DNA from: Candidatus Deferrimicrobiaceae bacterium
Lineage (GTDB): Bacteria > Desulfobacterota > Deferrimicrobia > Deferrimicrobiales > Deferrimicrobiaceae
Length of the DNA stretch: 64,000 nucleotides
Direction: 5' to 3'
Assembly (NCBI GenBank): GCA_963792415.1
Contig: CAWBVY010000006.1
Location: 800,001 to 864,000 of the forward strand
The notes under the pieces were generated by a model, which saw only the letters and a list, made by a program, of their open reading frames with translations, ran no database searches and was not told the DNA's origin. This document shows positions 9,940 through 22,148 of the stretch, piece by piece. Made by a program: the position numbers and the translations under genes. Within the stretch, counting starts at the first letter, position 1. Every line of letters starts with the position of its first letter.

Positions 9940-11073
9940 ATGAGAATCACACGGAAATATCTGCTCGGCGAAATGACCGGCCCGTTCCTGGTCGGTGTGG
10001 GAAGCTTCACCGTCATCGTCCTGCTCCAGCAATTCTCCCGGCTCGCGGACCTGGTGATCGCGAAGGGGGTGTCGACGCCCCTGGTCGGGCGCCTCCTCCT
10101 CTCCCTCATCCCCCCGTTTTTCGAGATCACCCTTCCCGCCTCCCTGCTCCTCGCGGCCCTGCTCGGCCTGGGGCGGCTCGCCGCGGACTCGGAGACGACG
10201 GCGCTCTCCGCCGCCGGGGTGGGGATGCGTGGAGTCGCCCCCCCCGTGCTGGTCGCCAGCGTCATCACTTGCGCCGCTGTGCTGCTCACCGGATGGCACG
10301 GGGTCCCCTGGGGGTACCTCGAGACGCAGCGCACCCTCGCCCGGATCGTCTCCGAGCGCGCCGGCGCCGGCGCCTCCGGGCACGTCTTCCGCGAGATCAC
10401 CCCCGATGTCCTGGTGTATCCCGACCGGGTCTCCCCGGACGGGCAGCAGATGTCCGGGGTCTTTCTCTCCTTCCGTCCGGCGGGAGACGATCCGCTTCTC
10501 GTGTTCGCACGCGAGGGGCGGTTCGTACCTTCCACCGGCGACGGGGTGGTCGCCCTGGAGTTGCTGGACGGAACCATCCACGCCGAACCGACGGAAAAGC
10601 CGTTGTACCGCGTCGCCTCCTTCGGCCGGATGACGTTCCGGATCCCCCTCGAGGCCTCCTCCATTCAAGGAAGGAACGACCCGAAAGGGATGACCCTCCC
10701 CGAACTGTCACGGAAGATCGACGCGACCGGGGGCAGAGGGGCGAACGCCACCTATCGGTACCATTTTCACCGCCGGCTCTCCCTCGCCGTGAGCTGTCTT
10801 TCCTTCGGCCTGCTCGCGATTCCGCTCGGATTCTCCCTGCGATCCCGCGCGAAATCGTCCGCGGTCGGGATCACAGTCGCCATGTTCCTGATCTACTACC
10901 TGTTCATCGCCGCGGCGGGAGCGGTGGAGAAACGCTCCGGTCCCGGCATGATCGCCCTCCTCTGGGCGCCAAACACCCTCGGGCTCACCCTCGCCGCGTG
11001 GATCCTCTGGCGGTCGGAGCACCATGTGACACTCTTCCCCCGCTTCTTCGGCGGGGATCGGCTCCGCAAATGA
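9940..11073 (+). CDS. lptF: LPS export ABC transporter permease LptF
   Basis: YjgP/YjgQ pattern, GRLAADSE motif, multiple TM helices; paired with lptG. Confidence 0.88.
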   Translation: MRITRKYLLGEMTGPFLVGVGSFTVIVLLQQFSRLADLVIAKGVSTPLVGRLLLSLIPPFFEITLPASLLLAALLGLGRLAADSETTALSAAGVGMRGVAPPVLVASVITCAAVLLTGWHGVPWGYLETQRTLARIVSERAGAGASGHVFREITPDVLVYPDRVSPDGQQMSGVFLSFRPAGDDPLLVFAREGRFVPSTGDGVVALELLDGTIHAEPTEKPLYRVASFGRMTFRIPLEASSIQGRNDPKGMTLPELSRKIDATGGRGANATYRYHFHRRLSLAVSCLSFGLLAIPLGFSLRSRAKSSAVGITVAMFLIYYLFIAAAGAVEKRSGPGMIALLWAPNTLGLTLAAWILWRSEHHVTLFPRFFGGDRLRK

Positions 11074-12146
11074 CCGTCATCTCGCGCTACCTGTTCCGGG
11101 AGTTCCTGCGCGCCGCGGCCGCCTGCATCCTCGGCTTCCTCCTCCTGTTCCTGCTGATCGACTTCGTCGACCATGCCGAGAAATTGCTGCGTCACAACGC
11201 GAACCTCGGGGAAATCGGGTGGTACTACCTCACCCGCGTGCCGGGCATCTTCGTGCTGATCTCCCCGGTCGGGACGATGCTTGCCGTGCTGGTCGCCGTC
11301 TCCCTGCGCGTGCGCTCGAACGAACTGACGGCGATCTTCTCCAGCGGGGTGAGCCTTCTCCGCGCCTGCGCGCCGATCCTGGTGGGATGCGCCCTGGTGT
11401 CGGCCCTGTCGCTGCTCTGCTCCGAGGTGCTGGCGCCGGCCGCGAACCGGCACGCCCGGGAGATCGAGCGCCTCCGCATGCGGCCGGGAAGGGTGGCGGC
11501 GCAGTTCTCGGGGAACCGATACTGGATGCGCGGCGAGCGGGGGATCCTCTCCGCCCAGGTGGTGGACGGTCCGTCCCGGTCGCTGCAGGGGTTCCAGTAC
11601 ATCGAGGTGGACCGGGATTTCCGCCCGCTGCGCAGGGTCGAGTCCCGGAGAGCCCGCCTTCTTCCCGATGGCGCGTGGGAGCTTGCGGAAGGAAGGGAGC
11701 GGATCTTCGGAGAAACGCCGTCGGTGGCTGCGTTTTCCCTCCGGACGTACCCGTTCCCGGAAACGATGGACGGGTTCCTCGAGGGGGAAACCCCCACCGA
11801 GGAGATGACCTACGCGCAGCTTTCCGGGTACGTCGGGGAATTGCGGCGGAAGGGGTACGAGGCGGGAGGACACGAAACCGACCTCCACGCGAAGATCGCC
11901 TACCCCCTGTTGAACATCCTCATCAGCATGCTGGCGATCCCCTTCGCACTGCGCTCTCCCCGGTCGGGCGGCGTCTGGCGCAGCATCGGGCTCGGACTCC
12001 TCATCGGGTTCGCCTGCTGGGTCGTACTGTCCGTGTCCCTCTCTCTGGGCAGGAAGGGGATCCTCCCGGCCCTGCTGGCCGCGTGGCTCCCCGGGGTCCT
12101 CTTCGCAGGCTCCGGGGCCGCGCTGTTCCGCGGCATAAACCGGTAG
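11070..12146 (+). CDS. lptG: LPS export ABC transporter permease LptG
   Basis: MTVISRYLFREF, NELTAIFSSGVS and AAWLP; ATGA overlap with lptF. Confidence 0.88.
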   Translation: MTVISRYLFREFLRAAAACILGFLLLFLLIDFVDHAEKLLRHNANLGEIGWYYLTRVPGIFVLISPVGTMLAVLVAVSLRVRSNELTAIFSSGVSLLRACAPILVGCALVSALSLLCSEVLAPAANRHAREIERLRMRPGRVAAQFSGNRYWMRGERGILSAQVVDGPSRSLQGFQYIEVDRDFRPLRRVESRRARLLPDGAWELAEGRERIFGETPSVAAFSLRTYPFPETMDGFLEGETPTEEMTYAQLSGYVGELRRKGYEAGGHETDLHAKIAYPLLNILISMLAIPFALRSPRSGGVWRSIGLGLLIGFACWVVLSVSLSLGRKGILPALLAAWLPGVLFAGSGAALFRGINR

Positions 12147-12149
12147 GTC

Positions 12150-14809
<2,660 letters not shown>

Positions 14810-14855
14810 ATCTCTCCCGTACCGCGAAAATGGATTCCAAACAGTGGATTGTATT

Positions 14856-16616
14856 CTAAAAACGCTCGTCGGGGAACAGGTCCTCGACCTTTTTGCGAAG
14901 GACCCGGCCGATCTCGGCCGCGGTCGAGTGCAGCAGCAGCGAGCCCGCAAACTCCTTGGCCTCGTATGCCACCGACTTTCGGAGGATCCGCTTCACCCGA
15001 GGAATCCCGGCGGCGCTCATGCTGAGCTCGTCCAGCCCGAGACCGAGGAGCGCATAGGAGTAGATCGGCTCACCGGCCATCTCGCCGCACATCGCCACCG
15101 GGATCCCGGCGTCGTGCCCCGCCTCCACGACTCGCCGGATCATCCGGAGGATCGCGGGGTGAAGCGGCTCGTAAAGATAGGATACGTGCTCGTTGACCCG
15201 GTCGATCGCCAGGGAGTATTGGATCAGGTCGTTCGTCCCGATGCTGAAGAATGCGACCTCCCGCGCGAGCAGGTCGGCCACGATCGCCGCGGCGGGGATC
15301 TCGATCATGATCCCGATGGGCATCTCCTTGTCGTAGGGGATCCGCCGGCGACGAAGCTCCCCCCGCACTTCCTCGACCACGGCCATCGCCTCCCGAAGCT
15401 CCCCGACCCCGGAGATCATCGGGAACATCATCCGAACCTTGCCGTACGTCGAGGCGCGGAGGATCGCGCGCAGCTGGGGCTTGAAAATCTCCTTTTCCTT
15501 CAGGCAGAACCGGATCGCACGCAGCCCCATCGCCGGGTTCATCTCCTCGGCGAGCTCGAGCTGGGACGCGAACTTGTCGCCGCCGAGGTCGAGGGTGCGG
15601 ATCGTGACCGGGTGGCGCACGAACTTCTCCGCCACCTTCCGGTACGTCTCGAAGTGCTCCTCCTCGGAGGGGATATCCTTCCGGTTGAGAAAGAGGAACT
15701 CCGTGCGGTAGAGCCCCACCCCGTCGGCGCCGCTGCGGAGCGCGACGTCCGCCTCCTCGGGAAACTCGATGTTCGCATGGAGGAGCAGCGTCTTCCCGTC
15801 GCGCGTTACCGTCGGCAGCCGCGCGAACTTCGCCAGGTCGCGGGTCCGCTGCGCGTAGGCTTTCCGTTGCGCCTGGTACTCCCGGACCGTCTCCTCCGTC
15901 GGGTCGAAGACGACCACCCCTTCCTCGCCGTCGACGATCACCATCTCCGCAAACTTGTACTCCTCCGTCGCCCCCTCGACCCCGACGACCGCCGGGATCC
16001 CCAGGGAGCGCGCCGTGATCGCGGTGTGGGACGTCCGGCTTCCGACGTCGGTGGCGAAACCGAGCACGGGGCTCTTCAGGATCTGGGCGGTGTCCGCGGG
16101 GGAGAGATCGTGGGCCACGATGACCACCGGGTCACGGATCGCGGCGACCGAGTCCACGGGGCGTCCGGCGAGGTTCTCGAGGACCCGGTGACCGATCTGG
16201 CGCAGGTCGTGCCCACGCTCCCGCAGGTACGGATCCTCGATCCGGTGGAACGTCTCCAGGAATTTCTGGAGCACCTTGTTGAACGCCCAGTCCGCGGCGA
16301 ACTGGTTATCGAGAATCATCCGGACCGTCTGCTCGATGAGCATCGAGTCCTCGAGGAGGGCCAGGTGGACCGAGAGGATCTGGTGGTGCTCGGAGGAGGG
16401 ATCCGCCACGTCGTCCCGGATGTGGAGGAGCTGCTCCCGGGAGCGGGCCACCGCCCGCTTGAAGGCGGCGACCTCCTCGTCCACCTGATCGCGGCCGACC
16501 GTCGAGCGGACCGACCGCGGGAGGACGCGGTTCAGGAAGAAGCCCTTCCCGATCGCGATCCCACCCGAAGCCGGGATCCCCTTGAGGACCCGCATCTTCC
16601 CGCGGCCTTCCGTCAC
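14856..16616 (-). CDS. ptsI: PEP-protein phosphotransferase (PTS enzyme I)
   Basis: TSHTAI phospho-His motif, GLYRTEFL and [12 protein letters not shown]; start may instead be 16595. Confidence 0.96.
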   Translation of the reverse strand: MTEGRGKMRVLKGIPASGGIAIGKGFFLNRVLPRSVRSTVGRDQVDEEVAAFKRAVARSREQLLHIRDDVADPSSEHHQILSVHLALLEDSMLIEQTVRMILDNQFAADWAFNKVLQKFLETFHRIEDPYLRERGHDLRQIGHRVLENLAGRPVDSVAAIRDPVVIVAHDLSPADTAQILKSPVLGFATDVGSRTSHTAITARSLGIPAVVGVEGATEEYKFAEMVIVDGEEGVVVFDPTEETVREYQAQRKAYAQRTRDLAKFARLPTVTRDGKTLLLHANIEFPEEADVALRSGADGVGLYRTEFLFLNRKDIPSEEEHFETYRKVAEKFVRHPVTIRTLDLGGDKFASQLELAEEMNPAMGLRAIRFCLKEKEIFKPQLRAILRASTYGKVRMMFPMISGVGELREAMAVVEEVRGELRRRRIPYDKEMPIGIMIEIPAAAIVADLLAREVAFFSIGTNDLIQYSLAIDRVNEHVSYLYEPLHPAILRMIRRVVEAGHDAGIPVAMCGEMAGEPIYSYALLGLGLDELSMSAAGIPRVKRILRKSVAYEAKEFAGSLLLHSTAAEIGRVLRKKVEDLFPDERF

Positions 16617-16621
16617 TCCCC

Positions 16622-16897
16622 CTACTCCTCCCCGAACTTCCGTGCGATCAGCTCCCCGATCGCCGCCACGGCCTCTTCCGCATCCGACCCGATCGCCCGG
16701 ATCAGGATCCTGGTGTCCTTCGGCGCCGCCAGCATCAGCACGCCCATGATGCTCTTTCCGTTGACCTCCATCCCGTCCTTCACGACGTGGATCTCCGAGG
16801 TGAACCCGTTCGCCATGCGCACGAGCTGCGCGGCGGCCCGGGCGTGCAGCCCGAGCCGGTTCAGGATGTCGAACTCGCGTTCCACGCTCACCGCCAC
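16622..16897 (-). CDS. ptsH: Phosphocarrier protein HPr
   Basis: GLHARAA (His15) and KSIMGVLML (Ser46). Confidence 0.95.
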   Translation of the reverse strand: MAVSVEREFDILNRLGLHARAAAQLVRMANGFTSEIHVVKDGMEVNGKSIMGVLMLAAPKDTRILIRAIGSDAEEAVAAIGELIARKFGEE

Positions 16898-17652
16898 AGG
16901 ATCAGCACCCCCACGAGGAGAAGAAACAACAGGATCTCGGACGGCGAGACCGCCTTCCGGAACAGTACCGCGAACAGGTGGACGGCGGCGGCGGCGAGAA
17001 GCAGCGACGCCATCGCGTGAGGCGCGCTCCCTCCCTGAACGAGGAAACGCCCGGCGAAGACCCCGGCGTACGCCCCGGCGAGGATCGCCGCCAGCAGCTT
17101 CCGGTCATCGGTCCGAACGTTGAGCGCCGCCCCCTTGAGCCAACCCACCACGGCCTCCGGTCCCTCCATGCCGGCGGCGAAACCGCGCCGGCGGACCATC
17201 AGGTGGACTCCGTTGTAGAACAGCAGCAGGGCGGCGATCCCCAGGAGGGGATGGAGCAGCGCAAGGAGGGCCCCCGCCACCGAGGCCATCGGCCGCAGGG
17301 CGCCCCAGAAGAAGGAATCCCCGATCGCCCCAAGCGACCCCATCAGCCCCACCTTGAACGTACCGATAGCCCGCGGATCCGACTCCCCCGCGGCCACCCG
17401 TTCCTCGAGCCGGACCGACGCCCCGAGGATCAACGCCCCCATCGCCGGCTGGGTGTTGAAAAACTCAAGGTGCCGCTTCACCGCCTTCAGCGCCTCCTCC
17501 GGGCGGTTCGCGTAGACGTCGCGCAGCGCCGGGAGGATGGCGTAGGCGAATCCCACGTTCTGCATCCCCTCGTAGTTCCAGCACCCCTGCAGGAGGAACT
17601 GGCGCCGCCAGACGGCGTTCCGGGACCGCGTCGCAAGCGCCGGCGTCGTCAT
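16888..17652 (-). CDS. PTS mannose/fructose/sorbose family EIID
   Basis: WNYEGMQNVGF, HLEFFNTQP and LGAIGDSFFW. Confidence 0.92.
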   Translation of the reverse strand: MTTPALATRSRNAVWRRQFLLQGCWNYEGMQNVGFAYAILPALRDVYANRPEEALKAVKRHLEFFNTQPAMGALILGASVRLEERVAAGESDPRAIGTFKVGLMGSLGAIGDSFFWGALRPMASVAGALLALLHPLLGIAALLLFYNGVHLMVRRRGFAAGMEGPEAVVGWLKGAALNVRTDDRKLLAAILAGAYAGVFAGRFLVQGGSAPHAMASLLLAAAAVHLFAVLFRKAVSPSEILLFLLLVGVLILWR

Positions 17653-18347
17653 GCGGACCACCGGAACAGCACGGTGCCGCCGAAAACGGCCGCCATCGTC
17701 AGGAAGAACACCGCGGCGGTCCGCTCCGTTCGGCTGCACGAATAGACCGATGCGGCGCCCAGGAGCGGAAGCGCCGGGAGGAGGATCGCGAAGTTCCCCC
17801 GGCTGGCGGGGCCGAATTGGGGAAGCAGCCACTTCGATACCGCAACGCCCGCCCCCGAGAAGACGAGAGCAAGGACCATCCCGGTCACCAGGAACAGGGT
17901 GATGCCGGCGAGCAGCCCGTGCTCCACCGCCCGGATATCCCCCCGGTCCACCGACTCCGCCGTGATGCGGGCGATCCGCACGTTGATCTTCCGGACGAAG
18001 CGGTCCGCCGCTTTTCCAGCTTCCGCGACGAAGACCGAGAGCAGCAGGAGGGCGGTGAAACTCCCCGCGTCAAGCCCGATGGAGGAAGCGGCGACCGCGG
18101 CGGCCGAACCGCCGAACACGGCTGCGCCCGTGTCGTCGGGAGGGATCGAGGCCCCCACGGGGAGCCGGGCCAGGTAGATCAGCTCGAGGACGACCCCCAC
18201 CTGGGTGCCGGCGGCCATGTTCCCGAAGATCGCCCCCATCAGCGTGGCAACGACGAGAGGGCGGTGGAGCATCAGCTGACACGCGGCCGTCCGGTCGAGG
18301 TAGCACACCCCGCCGAGAAGGACCGCCAGGAGAAACCGCCAGACCAC
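17649..18347 (-). CDS. PTS mannose/fructose/sorbose family EIIC
   Basis: HRPLVV and ELIYL..PVGASIPPD; hydrophobic; GTG start at 18347. Confidence 0.88.
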   Translation of the reverse strand: MVWRFLLAVLLGGVCYLDRTAACQLMLHRPLVVATLMGAIFGNMAAGTQVGVVLELIYLARLPVGASIPPDDTGAAVFGGSAAAVAASSIGLDAGSFTALLLLSVFVAEAGKAADRFVRKINVRIARITAESVDRGDIRAVEHGLLAGITLFLVTGMVLALVFSGAGVAVSKWLLPQFGPASRGNFAILLPALPLLGAASVYSCSRTERTAAVFFLTMAAVFGGTVLFRWSA

Positions 18348-18349
18348 CC

Positions 18350-18826
18350 CTACTCCCTTTCCGCGTCGAACGACGTTCCCGACTCGAACGGCGTCCCCTG
18401 GACGAGGACCGTCACCCCGTGCGAGCGGAACCACCCGAGGGCGTCGAAATCCTCCGGGGCGAAGAAAACGGACGGGGAAATCTCGACTTTCCCCGCGGCG
18501 AAATGGAGATTTCCGATGTTCAGGAGGTTGAATCCCGCCCCCGCCTTCCGGAGCGCCACGGCGTCCCCTGCGCTGGCGACCAGCAGGATGGAGCGCTCCC
18601 CGTTCCGGTCGGCGTCGGCAAGGACGGGAATCGCCTCGTCGAGGCGACAGAAATGAACCCGGATCGCCGGGGGAACCGCAAGCTCCATCACGGAGCGCAG
18701 GAAAGGGTTCCCGGCCAGGTCGTCATTGGCGACGATCAGGGAATCGGCGGACGTGTGGGGCACCCACGCCTCAACAACCTGCCCGTGGATGAGCCGGCAG
18801 TCGATGCGGGCGAGCACCAGGGGCAT
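18350..18826 (-). CDS. PTS mannose/sorbose family EIIB
   Basis: RIDCRLIHGQV motif. Confidence 0.92.
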   Translation of the reverse strand: MPLVLARIDCRLIHGQVVEAWVPHTSADSLIVANDDLAGNPFLRSVMELAVPPAIRVHFCRLDEAIPVLADADRNGERSILLVASAGDAVALRKAGAGFNLLNIGNLHFAAGKVEISPSVFFAPEDFDALGWFRSHGVTVLVQGTPFESGTSFDAERE

Positions 18827-18830
18827 CCCG

Positions 18831-19253
18831 TCACTTCTCCGGCTTCTTTTCGGCCTTCTTCTTCAGCATGTCCCCCGGAATCATGATGCTGCGATGGCCG
18901 CACTCCTGGAGCTGGCGTGCGAGTTCGTCGAGCGGCACCGCTTCCCGGGCCATGGGGAACTTCACCATCATCGGCAGGTTCACCCCCGTCAGGACCACCA
19001 CGCGGTGCGTGCCGAGGAACGATAGCCCGATGTTGGAGGGCGTCCCGCCGAACATGTCGGTGAGAAGCAGCACGCCGTCCCCGTTCTCGACCGTGCGGAC
19101 GGCCCCCTCCACCGCGTCGTGGATCGCCTCGACGCTCATCTCGGGGGAAATGTCGACGGCGACAATCCCCTCGATCTTCCCGACGATGATCCCTGCGGCG
19201 CGCACCAGTTCCGTGGCGAAAGCGCCGTGGGAAACGACAACGGCTCCGATCAT
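18831..19253 (-). CDS. PTS mannose family EIIA
   Basis: VVSHG, DMFGGTPSN and GVNLPM. Confidence 0.93.
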   Translation of the reverse strand: MIGAVVVSHGAFATELVRAAGIIVGKIEGIVAVDISPEMSVEAIHDAVEGAVRTVENGDGVLLLTDMFGGTPSNIGLSFLGTHRVVVLTGVNLPMMVKFPMAREAVPLDELARQLQECGHRSIMIPGDMLKKKAEKKPEK

Positions 19254-20158
19254 TTCATCCCCTTGGAGGGCAGGGAGGAGCGCGACAGGTCGCGGTGGGC
19301 CACGACGACCGCTTCCCTCCTCTTCCCGAGAATATCGCCGAGCGCCTCCGCGACAGCGACGGACCGATGCCTGCCGCCGGTGCAGCCGACGCCCAGCGTG
19401 AAGTACGCCTTCCCTTCCTTTCTATAGAGGGGAAGGAGGAAAAGCAACAGATCCGACAGGCGGCGCAGGAACCCCTTCGCCGCGCGGGCACCCAGGACAT
19501 AATCGCGGACCCCCCGGTCGAGGCCGGTAAACCTCTTGAGCGCCGGGACGAAGTTCGGGTTGTCGAGGAACCGGACGTCGACCACCATGTCGGCCTGGAC
19601 CGGAATCCCGTACCGGTACCCGAAGGAGACGACACTCACCACCAGGTCGCCGGCCCCCTCGCGGCGGAACCGTCGCACAATCGCGTCTCGAAGCTGGTGG
19701 ACGTTGAACTCCGACGTATCGATGACGGCGTCCGCGATCTCGCGCAGCGGCGAGAGAATCCTCCGCTCCTTCCGGATCGCGGCCGGGGCCCCGCCCTTGG
19801 CTGCGAGGGGGTGCTTGCGCCGCGTTTCGCTGAACCTCCGCACGAGCGCCTCGTCCGCCGCGTCCAGGAAGAGGACGTGGACCGCGCTCCGCCCCCCCCG
19901 CATTTCGTCGAGGACCCTGGAGAGGTCCGGGAGAAACTCCTTCCCCCGGATGTCCATCCCGAGGGCCACCCGGGCCTCTGCTCCCCGCGCCTCGGAGACG
20001 ACGTCGACGATCTTTGGAAGGAGAAACGGCGGCAGGTTGTCCACACAATAGTATCCGAGGTCCTCGAACGCCTTGATCGCCGTGCTCTTCCCGGCCCCTG
20101 ACAGCCCGGTCACGACGACGATGTCCGCGCGGTGCGCCCGCGCGTCGACGGCGGTCAC
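19250..20158 (-). CDS. rapZ: RNase adapter RapZ (YhbJ)
   Basis: TGLSGAGKS, DNLP, ETRRKHPL, SFGYRYG and GCTGGRHRS. Confidence 0.95.
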   Translation of the reverse strand: MTAVDARAHRADIVVVTGLSGAGKSTAIKAFEDLGYYCVDNLPPFLLPKIVDVVSEARGAEARVALGMDIRGKEFLPDLSRVLDEMRGGRSAVHVLFLDAADEALVRRFSETRRKHPLAAKGGAPAAIRKERRILSPLREIADAVIDTSEFNVHQLRDAIVRRFRREGAGDLVVSVVSFGYRYGIPVQADMVVDVRFLDNPNFVPALKRFTGLDRGVRDYVLGARAAKGFLRRLSDLLLFLLPLYRKEGKAYFTLGVGCTGGRHRSVAVAEALGDILGKRREAVVVAHRDLSRSSLPSKGMK

Positions 20159-21093
20159 GGGGTGCCGCCCCCTCCGGCGCGACGCGACTGGCGCTCGACG
20201 AATTCCCGCGCGGAGTGGACCCCGAGCCGCTTCAGCAAGTGGTTCCGCACCGCCACCTCGACGATCGCCGCCAGGTTCCGCCCGGGGGAGACCGGGACGA
20301 GAAGGGAGGGGAGTCTGACGCCGAGGATCTCGACGGTCCCGTCCTCGAGCCCGAGCCGGTCGTACTCCCTCGAAGAATCCCACTCCTCGATCCGGATCAC
20401 GAGTTCCATCTTTTTCATCCGCGTCGTCGCGGTGGCGCCGAACAGATCCCGGATGTTGATGATTCCGAGCCCCCGGATCTCCATGTGGTGGCAGGTGAGA
20501 TCGTCCCCGCGGCCCACGAGAGTGGCCGGGCCGAGCTTGTCGACGTGGATCACGTCGTCGGCAACGAACCGGTGGCCGCGGAGGACGAGGTCGAGAGCGC
20601 ATTCACTTTTACCGATCCCGCTTCGTCCCGAGAGGAAAACCCCCACGCCGATGACTTCGAGGAAGACGCCTTGGACCGTGGCCGTTTCCGTGAAAAGTCG
20701 GTAGAGCTGGCGGCCCGCCTCTTCGAGAAAATCGGCAGAGGGAAGGTCGGACGCGAACAGGGGGACGGAAGCCCGCTCCGCCGCTTCAACGAAGAGAACC
20801 GGCGCCGGGAGCGGTCCGGCGACGATGGCGCACGGCAGCGCACCGGTGAAGAACCGCTCGGCGATCTCCGGCTGCTTCACCGGATCCTGCCTGCGGAAGT
20901 AGTCCAACTCGATCTCGCCCAGGACCTGGACGCACCCTTCCCTGGACGGGAAAACTTCGCCGGTAATCGCCAGCCCGGCTTCCTGGACCCGGCTTCCCGC
21001 GATCCCCCGGTCCATCCCGCGATCCCCCGCTAGAAGACGGAGGCGCAGGGGCGCGGAGCACTCGTCCCGGAAGACTTGCACGGAGATCGGCAC
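20155..21093 (-). CDS. hprK: HPr kinase/phosphorylase
   Basis: GRSGIGKSECAL, VADD, HMEIRGLGII and PGRNLA; GTG start after AGGAGG. Confidence 0.95.
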   Translation of the reverse strand: MPISVQVFRDECSAPLRLRLLAGDRGMDRGIAGSRVQEAGLAITGEVFPSREGCVQVLGEIELDYFRRQDPVKQPEIAERFFTGALPCAIVAGPLPAPVLFVEAAERASVPLFASDLPSADFLEEAGRQLYRLFTETATVQGVFLEVIGVGVFLSGRSGIGKSECALDLVLRGHRFVADDVIHVDKLGPATLVGRGDDLTCHHMEIRGLGIINIRDLFGATATTRMKKMELVIRIEEWDSSREYDRLGLEDGTVEILGVRLPSLLVPVSPGRNLAAIVEVAVRNHLLKRLGVHSAREFVERQSRRAGGGGTP

Positions 21094-21109
21094 GGCCCCT
21101 CCTTTCGGT

Positions 21110-21571
21110 TCAGGCGCGCTCGTCCGCTTCCCGGAGGACCTGCGAAAGCCCCTCGGCTCCCTCTGCCGACAGGAGCCGCGCCCGGAACCGCTGGTCCTTG
21201 AGGAGCCGCGAGATGCGGGCAAGCGCCTTGAGGTGCATCCCCGCGGAATTTTCCGGGGCGAGGATCAGGAAGAAGAGCCGGGCCGGCTTCCCGTCGAGGG
21301 AGGCGAACTGCACCCCCGCGGGACTGCGCCCGAAGACGGCGACCAGACGGTCGATCCCCGGGATCTTCCCGTGGGGAATCGCCACCCCCTCGCCGATTCC
21401 CGTGCTCCCCAATCCCTCGCGGTCCATCAGGATCGCGGTCAGCCGCGTGGGGGAAAGGGCCGGGATCCGCCGGCAGACCGCCTCCGAGAGCTCGAGAAGA
21501 ACCCCCTCCTTCGTCTCCGCCCGGAGCCCGTCCACCACGGCCTCCGGGGGGATGATGTCCTGAATCCTCAT
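21110..21571 (-). CDS. ptsN: PTS EIIA(Ntr)-like protein
   Basis: REGLGSTGIGEGVAIPHGK and HLKALA; in the rpoN operon. Confidence 0.92.
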   Translation of the reverse strand: MRIQDIIPPEAVVDGLRAETKEGVLLELSEAVCRRIPALSPTRLTAILMDREGLGSTGIGEGVAIPHGKIPGIDRLVAVFGRSPAGVQFASLDGKPARLFFLILAPENSAGMHLKALARISRLLKDQRFRARLLSAEGAEGLSQVLREADERA

Positions 21572-22107
21572 CGGGCCGGCGGCTCCGTGAAGCCGATGTT
21601 GCCGTCCTGCTGCCGGAAAACCACGCTCGGCTGGTTCGTCTCCTGGTTCACGAACATCACCACGTCGAGCCGGAGCATGTCGAGGTGACGCGCCGCATCC
21701 TCCACCGTCATCGGCTTGACCAGGAAGTTGTCCGAGTGGATGATCCTGGGGCGATCTCCCCCCTCCGCGATCGTGATGGACGATCCGGACACCATCGGCT
21801 CGGGGGTGACCGCCTGCCCCTTCTCCTTCCGCTTCTCGCGGTACTTCTTCAGCTGACGCTCGACCTTGTCGCACACGAGGTCGATGGCCGAGTACAGGTC
21901 TTCGGTGGATTCGAACGCCTTGACGGTGATCCCCCGGGCCGTCAGGAACACCTCGGCGATGTGGCGGTATTTCTCGACGGACAAGGTGACGTGCGCCTCG
22001 AACTCCTTTTCAACCACTTTTTCGATCTTTCCCAATTTCCCGATCACGTAATCCTTCAATGCCTGGCTCGGGTCGATATGCCGGAACGTCACGTTGATCT
22101 GGTTCAC
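21568..22107 (-). CDS. hpf: Ribosome hibernation promoting factor (long HPF)
   Basis: VTFRH, DLYSAID..DKVERQLKKY and C-terminal KPMTVEDA. Confidence 0.93.
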   Translation of the reverse strand: MNQINVTFRHIDPSQALKDYVIGKLGKIEKVVEKEFEAHVTLSVEKYRHIAEVFLTARGITVKAFESTEDLYSAIDLVCDKVERQLKKYREKRKEKGQAVTPEPMVSGSSITIAEGGDRPRIIHSDNFLVKPMTVEDAARHLDMLRLDVVMFVNQETNQPSVVFRQQDGNIGFTEPPAR

Positions 22108-22148
22108 GGTTGCCCCTCCTTCCGCAGAATCGGTGCTGTGGCGCTGCA

